Shown: positions 56,801 to 63,126 of the stretch, piece after piece | Layout of the letters: the number at the start of each line of letters is the position of its first letter | How positions within the stretch are numbered: position 1 is the first letter of the stretch | NCBI GenBank assembly: GCA_030141605.1 | Contig: JAQGDQ010000089.1 | Coordinates: 1 to 64,000, forward strand | Length of the DNA stretch: 64,000 nt | Direction: 5' to 3' | Origin: Tubiluchus corallicola | Lineage: Eukaryota > Animalia > Priapulida | The notes under the pieces: model-generated | Told to the model about the DNA's origin: nothing | What the model saw: the letters and a program-made list of their open reading frames with translations, nothing else | The model's database searches: none | Position numbers and translations under genes: made by a program

Positions 56801-59800
56801 TAGTATTGCTGATATATTTTTCACGTCTTGAAAAATCGATACTAGCAAGTGACAAAAGAAACTTTTGTGTATTCATGTAGAAATACTAGAAAGTGTGTTG
56901 TAGTTTTTTATGAGTATCTGCTTTAATCAGTCGTATTTTTGCCAAATGCTGCCAGCATGCCGTGCTAGAATGCCAGCTTGATTGCATTTTACTTTATCAA
57001 ATGTCCTGTGGTACATTACTAATTATTTGTAAATAATCTTGTCTTGCTTGTTGGGCTTTGGTGAAAATTTATTTGCATTGGCATTTTGCTGGTTGTGTTC
57101 GTATGTGACTAGGATTAAATTGACTTTGGCTTTTACTGTAAAGTAACGTCTATCATCTGGCTTTGTATGTTGGTCCAATTTATTGAAGCATTATTAAGAA
57201 TTTGGGAAGCTTTGTTGTAGGTTTTGCATTTACTGGTTTATAGCGTATTGTTATTGTCTACTATTAATACAGAAGACAGAATTCAGTTTCAAAATGTGAT
57301 GGTGAAAACAGTGGAAGTTTTTTTGCTGAATCAGATAAAATATAGTACAAATTGTGTCAAAACATTGAATTGCATTCAGAGCATTGACAGTTTAAAATTT
57401 GAAGCCTAGCTACTCAGTGGCGTAGCAAGTGCTTGTGGCGCCCTACCATTTTAATGTTTGGATCATTTGTTGCATGGGTGAAGCCACAAATTGTGCACAT
57501 TTTTTGTATCTCTGAGCCCCACCTACCTTTCGACATGATGGGATAAAGATAAACGAAACCAGAATAACTGTTTTGTACACATTAGTTGCATGTAACATGA
57601 CAGTTCTTAAACATTCAATTCCAGTATTAAAACATACAAAGGTTATGAAAGATACACAGCACTACAGGTTTTCACCATAATACAATTGACATTTAGAAAA
57701 TCGCCACCGTTTCTTCCAAAATTATGGACTGCTAAGGCACATGACACCCTACACACACCGTTAAGTAACAACATCAAACTTTTTTCTAGTCTGTATATAG
57801 TAATCAAGCGATGATCTCTGATTAAGCAATTTTGTTGTAGTTTGAAAACTTTTGTTAATTGCTAATGTCGGATTAATAATTAACAATCATTGAGCTCTAA
57901 AAGAATTTTGCACCCTCTCACCCATGGACTCGTGGGTTATTGCCCCCTGTCGCCCTTGCCTTACTACACGTCTGTAACAGCTCTATTCACTTTTTTCACC
58001 AATTGCATTTCGTTTGATAGTTTTATGCTTCAAATGTGGTAATCTGTATTGTAATGTGAATGAAACTGTGATATTCTCACTGCCCGTTGTAAAATGCTTT
58101 TCTCATTGTCTTATTGTTGCAATGGTCTAAAGTGTTTAAAGTGCCAATGAATGGAAATCCGAATGCAAATGCATCCACCGCTGAAACATCGTTACGTTAT
58201 GACTTGTTATTTTGTTCATTTTTCAGCTCACCAGGGCAAGCCTACGTGGATGCATTAGGAATTTCAGAATTAATGCCGAGCGAATTGATTTAGCTGGCAC
58301 CGGTGCTAAAACGTTTGGAGTTCGACATTGCTACAAAACTGTCGAACCAGGAGCTTATTTTGCAGGCGATGCTTATGCCATTTATGGTAACACACCTATT
58401 TTTTTAATTTTTATTTTATAATTAAGCTATTTGTTTGCAAACAGCATTAATAGCATTAATATTTTAATTAGAACTTTATCAGTTTTTTGTAGTCCACAGT
58501 TATATGTACGAAACTGGTCAAATAATCAAGTAATCAAGTATCAGGTATAAATTCTACATGAAAGTTATACAAACTCCAATCTGCTATAGAACTAACATAA
58601 GTTGCACTATGACTGTGGAACCGCAAACAACAATTTCTATTATAATGCTGCAACTGCAAGTGCTCTTTTACATTAAAAATGATGCGTTAACGTTAAGTCA
58701 ACCATTGTTTTAACTTCTGAGTATGTGTTACAAGCAGTATGCAGAACTGTACCTTTAAACCAGCACTCCTGTATATTCTTGCTGAAATTCTAAGTTTCGT
58801 TTTTGTGCATTTCAGATGATAGGTTTGAGACGGGTTCACGCGTGTCAATAGAACTGCAGTTCCGTACTCGTCAGTATAACGGAATGCTTCTGTCGACGGC
58901 CGAACCAGCTGGTCAACCAGCTCTGTCTTTGCAACTTTTTGAAGGATCAGTAAGAAATTTAATATGAGCTTTAGATAGACATATGCGTAAAAAGTTTTAA
59001 GGCTGTACAATTTCAAAAAGAATCATAATGGAATTTTACAGGACAATAAGCCATTTCACAGTTTCATTGTGTGCACACCTGTTGCTCTAGGTCAAAGGTT
59101 AAATGCACCGCAGCAATGCGTCTTAACTACAACTGTTATGTGACATGTGGGTAAAGCAAAGCTGTCTACTGCATCAGTTCAGTAACTTCTATTGCTTTAT
59201 GTAGACTTTATTATGCATTAGTCTGTGCGTAGAGTGATTTACTAGCAGAAGTACTTGGGAACAAGAAAAATGAACTAGGTAAGGTTCTAGCTAGCTGTTG
59301 TAACTATTACCATTATAACTGCATGAGCTGCGAGGCATTAGGCATTTGTCAAGTGTACACAAATGCATTGTATGGTACACTTCATCTGTGACCATTCCAC
59401 GATCATCATCAATTGCTGAAACTGTGAAAAGGCTTACTCTAGAATGCATTCCCTATTGACTGGTCATTGTCAGTTTATGAATTTTGCAATGACAAAAGTT
59501 GATATCATATTTTGATGTCATTATTTTGTCGTACTTTTATAATGACTAAAATTTCAAGCACATCTGTATTTATCTTAAAATGGAGTCTCTCTATGGTAAC
59601 CTTCAATAACATGTATCCGCCTCAACAATAGCCAGACCAAAACTAATTCTCAGTGGAGTAGCAAGTACTTGTGACTCACGGGGCAATAAAACTGCTGCTG
59701 CTCTACCCTTTTAATGTTTTGATCATTTGTTTCATAGGTGAAGCCACAAATAGCGCACATTTTTTGCACTCCTGAGCTATACACTTTCCTTTTTCGACAT

Positions 59801-62800
59801 GATGGGATAAAAATAAACAAATTTTTTGTAAGAAATGTCCTGAATTTGCCTAGTGGTACTGCACCAGTATAACTCTTTTCTTCTTCGCAATGGTCTAAGA
59901 AAACTGCTCGTAACACAGTTCTTAAACATTCAGCTCCAGCACTAAAACATGCAAAGATTATGAAGCATCCAGAACACTACAGGTTTCCACAATAATTAGT
60001 ACAATTGGTATTTTAGAGAGTAATGCTACCGTTTCTCTCAAACTTATTCATCTGCTAATCCATGCGCCACCCTACTCGTGCCATTAAGTAACAACATTAA
60101 TTTTTTTCTAGGCTGTACATAGTAATTAAGTTAGCCACGATGATAACTGACTAGACAGTTTTGGTGTAGTTTGAAAATTTTTGTTAATTGCTAATGTCGG
60201 ATTAGTAATTAAGAATTAACAGTCATTAAACACTAGAAGTTTAATGAGTCATTAATTACAATTGATTCGATGTATAACAGTTACAATGTGATAATGTAAT
60301 TATGCTGACGTGGACGATAAATTACAAATAGAAGAATTTTGCACCCTAGGACGATTACCCTCTGTTGCCCCGCCCCACTTTTGCTATGCCTCTGCTAATT
60401 CGAATATATTCTAATGCAAGTTCTCTATTTTGCAGTTGTACATCACAGCAGACATGGGAGAAGGCTACGGTGTGTTTAACGCGTCAGTGAGCCCTCACAC
60501 CGAGTTTAGCCTGTGCGATGGCGAGTGGCATAAAGTGGTAGCCGCATTTGTCAACAACCTGGTTACGCTGAAAGTCGACGATCTGAAGTCTGAAGCCGGT
60601 TACACGCCAAGGGGAAGCCTGCGGGAGCTGAAGTCAAACAGCCCTCTCTATATAGGTGGTTTACCTGGTAAGGCAGACTGTTTATAGAGAAAATAGAGTC
60701 ACAATGAAGTTTATATGTCTCGCAACTTTGCTGTTTTAATGTGTTTAGCTGCTTAATGTGACAGAATGTGCATTTGCAGCCTTTGGGCATAATAAAACTC
60801 AACGTATTCAACAGAAAACAGTAATGAAATAAGTGTAGATAAAATTAATACTGTCTTTATTCTAGTACACCATTTCACATCAACCACTCTGATATAGCAT
60901 CCGTTACCATCAGATTTATAAAGCATATTGAAGTCTAAATTGCTGAAAAAAGATATTAGAAACCAACAATTTATTGTCAAGCGGTGAAAGAAGTTTACTA
61001 CATGCTGCTCATTATACACAAATGCTACTAAATGAGCAATCAATCCATTGCCTAAACACGGGAATTTTCAATAGTGGAATGCATCTGTATAAGGACGATT
61101 GGTAAACACTGTTGGCGAGCTGCAACAAGAAGACAAACCCAGTCATAGATAAAAAAGCGGGTCAGGTTTAAAACACCACATTTGCACTACATGCCCTGGT
61201 CAAAGTTACAATAGACGTTACATTAAGTGTACAGTCAAACCTCATTGTACCACCAAACTCGTTTGCCGCCTGCAAAATGACCAGCTGCATTCAACTGATT
61301 AAAACATTAACCGATTATACCGCCATCTGTTACCCACCATCCACCAGGCAAATTAATATATATATATATATTCAATGAGGAAATGCCGTCAGCTACCATG
61401 AGTGACCTTGATTGTGCCAGCTGTACAAGACTACATTATGTTCTTCGCTGAGTTGCTGACACTGACCAGACATCAGGTGTGGTGTAAATTAATACCACAG
61501 TTACATATTGCAGGTTATGTTTTGATAGTTTGCAAGCTGCACTATACATTGTGCAATGTGTATATACAGTAGTAAATGTATGCAAAATAGCAACGGATTG
61601 ACAGCTCTGATATTATTGTCAATGCATCATGCAGTCATAATAGCAACTGACAAGAAAACACATGCAAAAGAAACATGATGTTTTCTTGTTTGCTAAAAAT
61701 CAAGCAAATCCAAACAAGAAATTTGTAGTTATGATTTAACCTTTTTTTTACTTATACATGTTTTAGTGGAGCAATCTACCTGCAGTTCAGTGCAAAACAT
61801 GTTTATTATGTAAACAAAATGTTCTTGATAAAGATGAGTGATTTTGAGTGAGTCATTAATTCCCAATGGTTAATTTAATAATTTTCTTTTAGTTCATTAA
61901 TTTCTAGAACGGAAATTAATGACTACAGTGGCCGCCGCTTATTATGGACACGGTTATTGTGGACAGCCGGTTATTGTGGACAACTCGCGAGGGACGGAAT
62001 TTTCCCCTAATAAAATCCGCCGGTTAATATGGACAACCGCCGCTTAATATGGACAGCGAACATTCTTGGCACGTGAACCAGCTGTGCCAACCACGTCCTG
62101 CGCGCGTGATTGAAAAGACCTTCCCGCTCTGCTGCCTGTGTGAGTCATTGCATCAGTCAGTTCGCCGTTTGCCGTGGCCTTGAGAGCTTCGAAACTGTGA
62201 TAACTTCCTTCCGTTCAAGGTTGAGAGAAAAGTTTCCTGCCAAACAAACTCGTCTGACTTTGATTTTCAATAAAACAGGAGACGAGTTGATACAGACAGT
62301 TTTTTGCCTTTTTTAATGAAAGGGAAGGGTCTTCATGGGTCACTTCGCTTAATATGGACAGCCGCTTAATATGGACATACACTGCTGGCCCGAGGTGTCC
62401 ACAATAAGCGGCGGCCACTGTATAACCAGAGTGCACTTCTCTGATTGTTTTGTGATTCATCTCTAGCAAAATTTAACACATCTCGTCGTAACACCAAACT
62501 CACTATAACACGAACTTTTTTCCCGTCCCTATTATGACTGGGCAATGGTTTGACTGTAGTTTAGTGCTGGTTTTCTACAATAAATGAAAAAAAAACTGTT
62601 TATGGCAAATGGCAGGCCAACTTTTCTGGTAACTTGAAGAAGACTTTGCACATTCACTTGCACTTCTGGAGAGCTCATTTCTGCTTTGCCAAATTAATTC
62701 AAGCTAATGAGACGCCCATGGGACGAAACTTCTGAAGAAAAGTAAAGAACATATTTTTGAAGCTTAAAGGGCATTCTGGCCTTCTTTGCAGCTTTGAGCT

Positions 62801-63126
62801 CATTTGTGTACGACTGTACGTAATAAAAAATTAGAGCAAAACGAATGTATTGCTTGAAATGTTTTTGTTAGATAAAGATATGCAGGTTTCCAAATCAATT
62901 AAATTGTGCCCATATTGTTGCTGTATCAATATCTGTGGATGTATAACACAAGTTTAGCTGTGACATTAATAATTCATTTGCAGATGATGCTCATCCTCAG
63001 GGTACGCTTCTCACTTCAGAGAATTTTGTCGGCTGCATGCGCCATCTATCCATAAAAGATACTAGGAGAGACTGGACAGAGATGCACCGGATGCACAATG
63101 TCCAACTTAACTGTCCGGATGAATGA
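422..63126 (+). CDS. LAMA1/2: Laminin subunit alpha-1/2-like (wing blister/lam-3 class); 5'-partial multi-exon gene, 57 constitutive exons in window
   Basis: Exons join in frame via GT-AG introns (one probable GC-AG). [43 protein letters not shown] matches alpha-1/2 type LN. Two L4 domains, LE repeats, coiled coil and five LG domains follow, ending CPDE*. Paralog-level name cannot be fixed without phylogeny. Confidence 0.95.
732..845 (+). CDS. LAMA1/2: laminin alpha exon (LN domain)
   Basis: ctccag|[27 protein letters not shown]|gtgagt. Confidence 0.95.
1645..1852 (+). CDS. LAMA1/2: laminin alpha exon (LN end, LE1)
   Basis: tttcag|[35 protein letters not shown]|gtatga, phase 1. Confidence 0.95.
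2791..3142. mobile_element. hAT-like MITE
   Basis: Termini CAGGGCCGT / ATGGCCCTG; 8-bp flanks gtgaaagt / gtgagaat (6/8); a similar right end (ggcctataatgctgttaaagacggccctg) ends at 51119. Confidence 0.65.
3324..3390 (+). mobile_element. tRNA-derived SINE head / tRNA-like relic
   Basis: GGCTGTG..CACAGCC stem, box A-like TAGTGTAGTGG, box B-like GTTTCAAATCC; no intact cloverleaf. Confidence 0.5.
3707..3825 (+). CDS. LAMA1/2: laminin alpha exon (LE2)
   Basis: ttacag|[22 protein letters not shown]|gtaatt. Confidence 0.93.
4730..4891 (+). CDS. LAMA1/2: laminin alpha exon (LE2-3)
   Basis: atttag|[22 protein letters not shown]|gtatgt. Confidence 0.93.
7443..7598 (+). CDS. LAMA1/2: laminin alpha exon (LE3-4)
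   Basis: gtgcag|[23 protein letters not shown]|gtgaga. Confidence 0.93.
7989..8308. mobile_element. hAT-like MITE, degenerate copy of the 33619 family
   Basis: Shares cattccacaacttc..caagtt.gcaaaat and gtgacacaatt with 33619-34137; right end tttgcaggtctg. Confidence 0.55.
9054..9194 (+). CDS. LAMA1/2: laminin alpha exon (LE4, first half of LE5)
   Basis: ctttag|[30 protein letters not shown]|gtgagc. Confidence 0.93.
10302..10562 (+). CDS. LAMA1/2: laminin alpha exon (L4a)
   Basis: ttgcag|[29 protein letters not shown]|gtagga. Confidence 0.93.
11016..11230 (+). CDS. LAMA1/2: laminin alpha exon (L4a)
   Basis: ttccag|[26 protein letters not shown]..|gtaaga, phase 2. Confidence 0.92.
11832..11943 (+). 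CDS. LAMA1/2: laminin alpha exon (L4a end, second half of LE5)
   Basis: tcacag|[25 protein letters not shown]|gtgaca. Confidence 0.92.
13025..13138 (+). CDS. LAMA1/2: laminin alpha exon (LE)
   Basis: ttacag|[21 protein letters not shown]|gtaagt. Confidence 0.93.
13328..13548 (+). CDS. LAMA1/2: laminin alpha exon (LE)
   Basis: tttcag|[32 protein letters not shown]|gtaaga. Confidence 0.93.
14181..14389 (+). CDS. LAMA1/2: laminin alpha exon (LE)
   Basis: ttccag|[28 protein letters not shown]|gtatgt. Confidence 0.93.
14942..15048 (+). CDS. LAMA1/2: laminin alpha exon (LE)
   Basis: ttgtag|[13 protein letters not shown]|gtaagt. Confidence 0.92.
15336..15513 (+). CDS. LAMA1/2: laminin alpha exon (LE)
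   Basis: ttgcag|[18 protein letters not shown]|gtaagt. Confidence 0.92.
15537..15596 (+). repeat. (TC)30 microsatellite with pyrimidine-rich tail to ~15716
   Basis: seen directly, ~23 nt after the donor at 15514. Confidence 0.95.
15818..15981 (+). CDS. LAMA1/2: laminin alpha exon (LE)
   Basis: ctttag|[17 protein letters not shown]|gtatgt. Confidence 0.92.
17006..17132 (+). CDS. LAMA1/2: laminin alpha exon (LE)
   Basis: tttcag|[18 protein letters not shown]|gtaagc. Confidence 0.92.
18263..18402 (+). CDS. LAMA1/2: laminin alpha exon (LE)
   Basis: ttccag|[29 protein letters not shown]|gtttga. Confidence 0.92.
18601..19030. repeat. diverged tandem duplication, ~210-bp unit x2
   Basis: taatagttctttaacgtta..tcacattttgat..aaatgcttataa..cataaaatcgg starts at both 18601 and 18811. 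Confidence 0.85.
19582..19812 (+). CDS. LAMA1/2: laminin alpha exon (LE)
   Basis: ttttag|[13 protein letters not shown]|gtatgt. Confidence 0.92.
20051..20225. mobile_element. degenerate pogo/Tigger-like MITE
   Basis: TA|CAGTCAAACCTC left end, internal TTATAACGAGG, decayed right end gttataaggcggtgtaaccg. Confidence 0.45.
20846..20986 (+). CDS. LAMA1/2: laminin alpha exon (LE before L4b)
   Basis: ttacag|[23 protein letters not shown]|gtaact. Confidence 0.92.
21088..21345 (-). mobile_element. RTE-clade LINE 3' fragment
   Basis: Minus strand reads [27 protein letters not shown], resembling the RTE ORF C-terminal GHVLRM..W.P.GKR.RGRPK motif; has stops and frameshifts. Confidence 0.6.
21754..21924 (+). 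CDS. LAMA1/2: laminin alpha exon (L4b)
   Basis: ctttag|[24 protein letters not shown]|gtgcgt. Confidence 0.92.
22093..22287 (+). CDS. LAMA1/2: laminin alpha exon (L4b)
   Basis: gtctag|[27 protein letters not shown]|gtcagt. Confidence 0.92.
22300..22853. mobile_element. interspersed repeat with Tc1-like end (copy 1)
   Basis: Colinear with 44750-45404 (gtgattaaaagtt, acggtacttaa, agtacacaaa.gcaaagtaaag); ends taataaatggcgcccactg|ta. Confidence 0.7.
22912..23025 (+). repeat. (CT)n/(CCCT)n polypyrimidine microsatellite
   Basis: seen directly, upstream of acceptor 23079. Confidence 0.95.
23080..23204 (+). CDS. LAMA1/2: laminin alpha exon (L4b)
   Basis: gttcag|[27 protein letters not shown](R)|gtaagc, phase 2. 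Confidence 0.92.
23797..23908 (+). repeat. (CT)n microsatellite grading into (TCAC)n
   Basis: seen directly; ends ~75 nt upstream of the candidate microexon. Confidence 0.95.
23983..24009 (+). CDS. LAMA1/2: candidate 27-nt cassette microexon in L4b (adds YRRTGFQIS)
   Basis: pyrimidine-rich tract ending cacgttag|g tat cgc cgg act ggc ttt cag atc ag|gtaaag; symmetric phase 2-2 matching host intron; no stop codon. Confidence 0.6.
25229..25584. mobile_element. MITE family with AAGCCTTTTCACAG-type TIR (copy 1; possibly PIF/Harbinger-like)
   Basis: Colinear with 36107-36485 and 59048-59435 (tgaactaggt..ttctagctagct, aagtg.acacaaatgc.ttgt); right end ctgtgaaaaggctt. Confidence 0.75.
25623..25760 (+). 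CDS. LAMA1/2: laminin alpha exon (L4b end, LE)
   Basis: ctttag|[32 protein letters not shown]|gtattt. Confidence 0.93.
26084..26201 (+). CDS. LAMA1/2: laminin alpha exon (LE)
   Basis: ttttag|[27 protein letters not shown]|gtgagt. Confidence 0.92.
26413..26534 (+). CDS. LAMA1/2: laminin alpha exon (LE)
   Basis: atctag|[25 protein letters not shown]|gtaagt. Confidence 0.93.
26846..26944 (+). CDS. LAMA1/2: laminin alpha exon (LE)
   Basis: gtctag|[22 protein letters not shown]|gtaagc. Confidence 0.9.
27113..27309 (+). CDS. LAMA1/2: laminin alpha exon (last LE)
   Basis: tgccag|[20 protein letters not shown]|gtatgt. Confidence 0.93.
27970..28112 (+). CDS. LAMA1/2: laminin alpha exon (start of coiled coil, CxxxC)
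   Basis: ctacag|[21 protein letters not shown]|gtatga. Confidence 0.9.
28521..28625 (+). CDS. LAMA1/2: laminin alpha exon (coiled coil)
   Basis: tcttag|[20 protein letters not shown]|gtaggt. Confidence 0.85.
28691..28855 (+). mobile_element. L2/CR1-group LINE ORF2 3' fragment
   Basis: Reads [39 protein letters not shown], matching the HITPVL..LHWLPV..RI.FK motif of L2-group ORF2. Confidence 0.75.
29100..29211 (+). CDS. LAMA1/2: laminin alpha exon (coiled coil)
   Basis: gtctag|[21 protein letters not shown]|gtttgt, phase 1. Confidence 0.85.
30353..30500 (+). CDS. LAMA1/2: laminin alpha exon (coiled coil)
   Basis: ttacag|[27 protein letters not shown]|gtgaga. Confidence 0.9.
31728..31926 (+). 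CDS. LAMA1/2: laminin alpha exon (coiled coil)
   Basis: tactag|[15 protein letters not shown]|gtaata. Confidence 0.88.
33488..33604 (+). CDS. LAMA1/2: laminin alpha exon (coiled coil)
   Basis: tttcag|[22 protein letters not shown]|gtacag. Confidence 0.87.
33619..34137. mobile_element. hAT-like MITE
   Basis: Termini CAGCCTTGCCAAC / GTTGGCAGGTCTG; degenerate ctttt-containing flanks on both sides; second copy at 7989. Confidence 0.65.
35800..35992 (-). pseudogene. decayed hAT transposase C-terminal dimerisation-domain relic
   Basis: LAKEFLC..ASAVPCE..LFS..SLK resembles the hAT LA..YL..PASSVP.ER.FS motif; interrupted. Confidence 0.4.
36107..36485. mobile_element. MITE family with AAGCCTTTTCACAG-type TIR (copy 2)
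   Basis: AAGCCTTTTTACAGTT .. AACTGTGAAAAGGCTT; internal similarity to copies 1 and 3. Confidence 0.75.
36936..37096 (+). CDS. LAMA1/2: laminin alpha exon (coiled coil)
   Basis: tcgtag|[23 protein letters not shown]|gtaaga. Confidence 0.9.
38186..38415 (+). CDS. LAMA1/2: laminin alpha exon (coiled coil); probable GC donor
   Basis: ttgcag|[33 protein letters not shown] g|gcaaat; 3' boundary inferred from the phase of the next exon. Confidence 0.8.
39073..39189 (+). CDS. LAMA1/2: laminin alpha exon (coiled coil)
   Basis: ttacag|gt [17 protein letters not shown]|gtagga. Confidence 0.87.
39297..39473 (+). CDS. LAMA1/2: laminin alpha exon (coiled coil)
   Basis: tttcag|[19 protein letters not shown]|gtaata. 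Confidence 0.87.
39797..40164. mobile_element. MITE-like element with AAAGTCACA subterminal repeats and TAACCC tract (copy 1)
   Basis: GGTAATAAAGTCACA .. TGTGACTTTATAACC inverted pair; inverted second copy at 52180-52538. Confidence 0.7.
40714..40868 (+). CDS. LAMA1/2: laminin alpha exon (coiled coil end)
   Basis: tttcag|[25 protein letters not shown]|gtaaga. Confidence 0.9.
41428..41540 (+). mobile_element. tRNA-derived SINE relic with MetaSINE-like central domain
   Basis: Box A-like TGGCTCAATGG, then tcatgccaaagacttaaaaaatgg, which resembles the Meta domain core as I recall it (not searched). Confidence 0.45.
41951..42103 (+). CDS. LAMA1/2: laminin alpha exon (LG1)
   Basis: ttttag|[26 protein letters not shown]|gtaagt. 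Confidence 0.92.
42813..43092. mobile_element. hAT-like MITE
   Basis: TIR CAGGGATGTTA / TAACATCCCTG; internal GGTTTCGGTTT repeats. Confidence 0.7.
43340..43494 (+). CDS. LAMA1/2: laminin alpha exon (LG1)
   Basis: ctgtag|[29 protein letters not shown]|gtaatc. Confidence 0.92.
44472..44628 (+). CDS. LAMA1/2: laminin alpha exon (LG1)
   Basis: ttacag|[20 protein letters not shown]|gtaaaa. Confidence 0.92.
44750..45404. mobile_element. interspersed repeat with Tc1-like end (copy 2)
   Basis: Colinear with 22300-22853; ends taataaatagcacctactg|ta. Confidence 0.7.
46451..46575 (+). CDS. LAMA1/2: laminin alpha exon (LG1 end); begins with GTAAGT
   Basis: ttttttgcag|[35 protein letters not shown]|gtaagt. 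Confidence 0.9.
46813..46981 (+). CDS. LAMA1/2: laminin alpha exon (LG2)
   Basis: ttgtag|[33 protein letters not shown]|gtaagt. Confidence 0.92.
48185..48332 (+). CDS. LAMA1/2: laminin alpha exon (LG2)
   Basis: ctgcag|[29 protein letters not shown]|gtatgt. Confidence 0.92.
48754..48950 (+). CDS. LAMA1/2: laminin alpha exon (LG2)
   Basis: ctctag|[26 protein letters not shown]|gtaagt. Confidence 0.92.
49600..49818 (+). CDS. LAMA1/2: laminin alpha exon (LG2/LG3)
   Basis: acacag|STVLDL..PGC..FSGKGY..DAE|gttagt. Confidence 0.9.
50326..50657 (+). CDS. LAMA1/2: laminin alpha exon (LG3)
   Basis: ttatag|[31 protein letters not shown]|gtgagt. Confidence 0.93.
51423..51565 (+). CDS. LAMA1/2: laminin alpha exon (LG3 end, Pro-rich linker)
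   Basis: caacag|[28 protein letters not shown]|gtaagt. Confidence 0.88.
51873..51944 (-). mobile_element. tRNA-derived SINE head
   Basis: Minus strand GGTAACTCAGGTGGCAGAGC (box A-like) .. GGGTTTAAGTC (box B-like). Confidence 0.5.
52180..52538. mobile_element. MITE-like AAAGTCACA element (copy 2, inverted)
   Basis: tgattGGTAATAAAGTCACAG .. CTGTGACTTTATTACttggatt, mirroring the ends of 39797-40164. Confidence 0.7.
52790..52872 (+). CDS. LAMA1/2: laminin alpha exon (Thr-rich LG3-LG4 linker)
   Basis: ttttag|[27 protein letters not shown]|gtaaaa; needed to convert phase 1 to phase 0. Confidence 0.8.
53272..53390 (+). CDS. LAMA1/2: laminin alpha exon (LG4 start)
   Basis: tttcag|[20 protein letters not shown]|gtatga. 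Confidence 0.88.
54423..54615 (+). CDS. LAMA1/2: laminin alpha exon (LG4)
   Basis: tttcag|[26 protein letters not shown]|gtaagt. Confidence 0.93.
55506..55652 (+). CDS. LAMA1/2: laminin alpha exon (LG4)
   Basis: tttcag|VQVTKTG..LSVD..MYVGGLP..GV|gtaagt. Confidence 0.92.
57415..57974. mobile_element. hAT-like MITE (CAGTGGCGTAGC family, copy 1)
   Basis: CAGTGGCGTAGCAAG left end, decayed right end cttactacacgtctg; colinear with 59651-60394. Confidence 0.7.
58227..58386 (+). CDS. LAMA1/2: laminin alpha exon (LG4/LG5)
   Basis: tttcag|[28 protein letters not shown]|gtaaca. Confidence 0.93.
58816..58949 (+). CDS. LAMA1/2: laminin alpha exon (LG5)
   Basis: tttcag|[22 protein letters not shown]|gtaaga. 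Confidence 0.92.
59048..59435. mobile_element. MITE family with AAGCCTTTTCACAG-type TIR (copy 3)
   Basis: AAGCCATTTCACAGTT .. AACTGTGAAAAGGCTT. Confidence 0.75.
59651..60394. mobile_element. hAT-like MITE (CAGTGGCGTAGC family, copy 2)
   Basis: CAGTGGAGTAGCAA .. TTGCTATGCCTCTG with 8-bp TSD ctaattct / ctaattcg (7/8). Confidence 0.8.
60436..60667 (+). CDS. LAMA1/2: laminin alpha exon (LG5)
   Basis: ttgcag|[27 protein letters not shown]|gtaagg. Confidence 0.93.
61232..62556. mobile_element. older pogo/Tigger-like non-autonomous element hosting a nested MITE
   Basis: TA|CAGTCAAACC .. GGTTTGACTG|TA; ctc.t.gta.caccaaactc motif near both ends. Confidence 0.55.
61926..62420. mobile_element. young pogo/Tigger-like (Tc1/mariner) MITE
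   Basis: 26-bp TIR CAGTGGCCGCCGCTTATTATGGACAC (1 mismatch), TA TSD, multiple internal (G)CTTAATATGGACA repeats. Confidence 0.9.
62984..63126 (+). CDS. LAMA1/2: laminin alpha terminal coding exon (LG5 end, stop)
   Basis: ttgcag|[22 protein letters not shown] tga. Confidence 0.92.

Noticed and set aside
482-62983. U12-type introns
   Set aside because: No donor matches RTATCCTT among the junctions traced.
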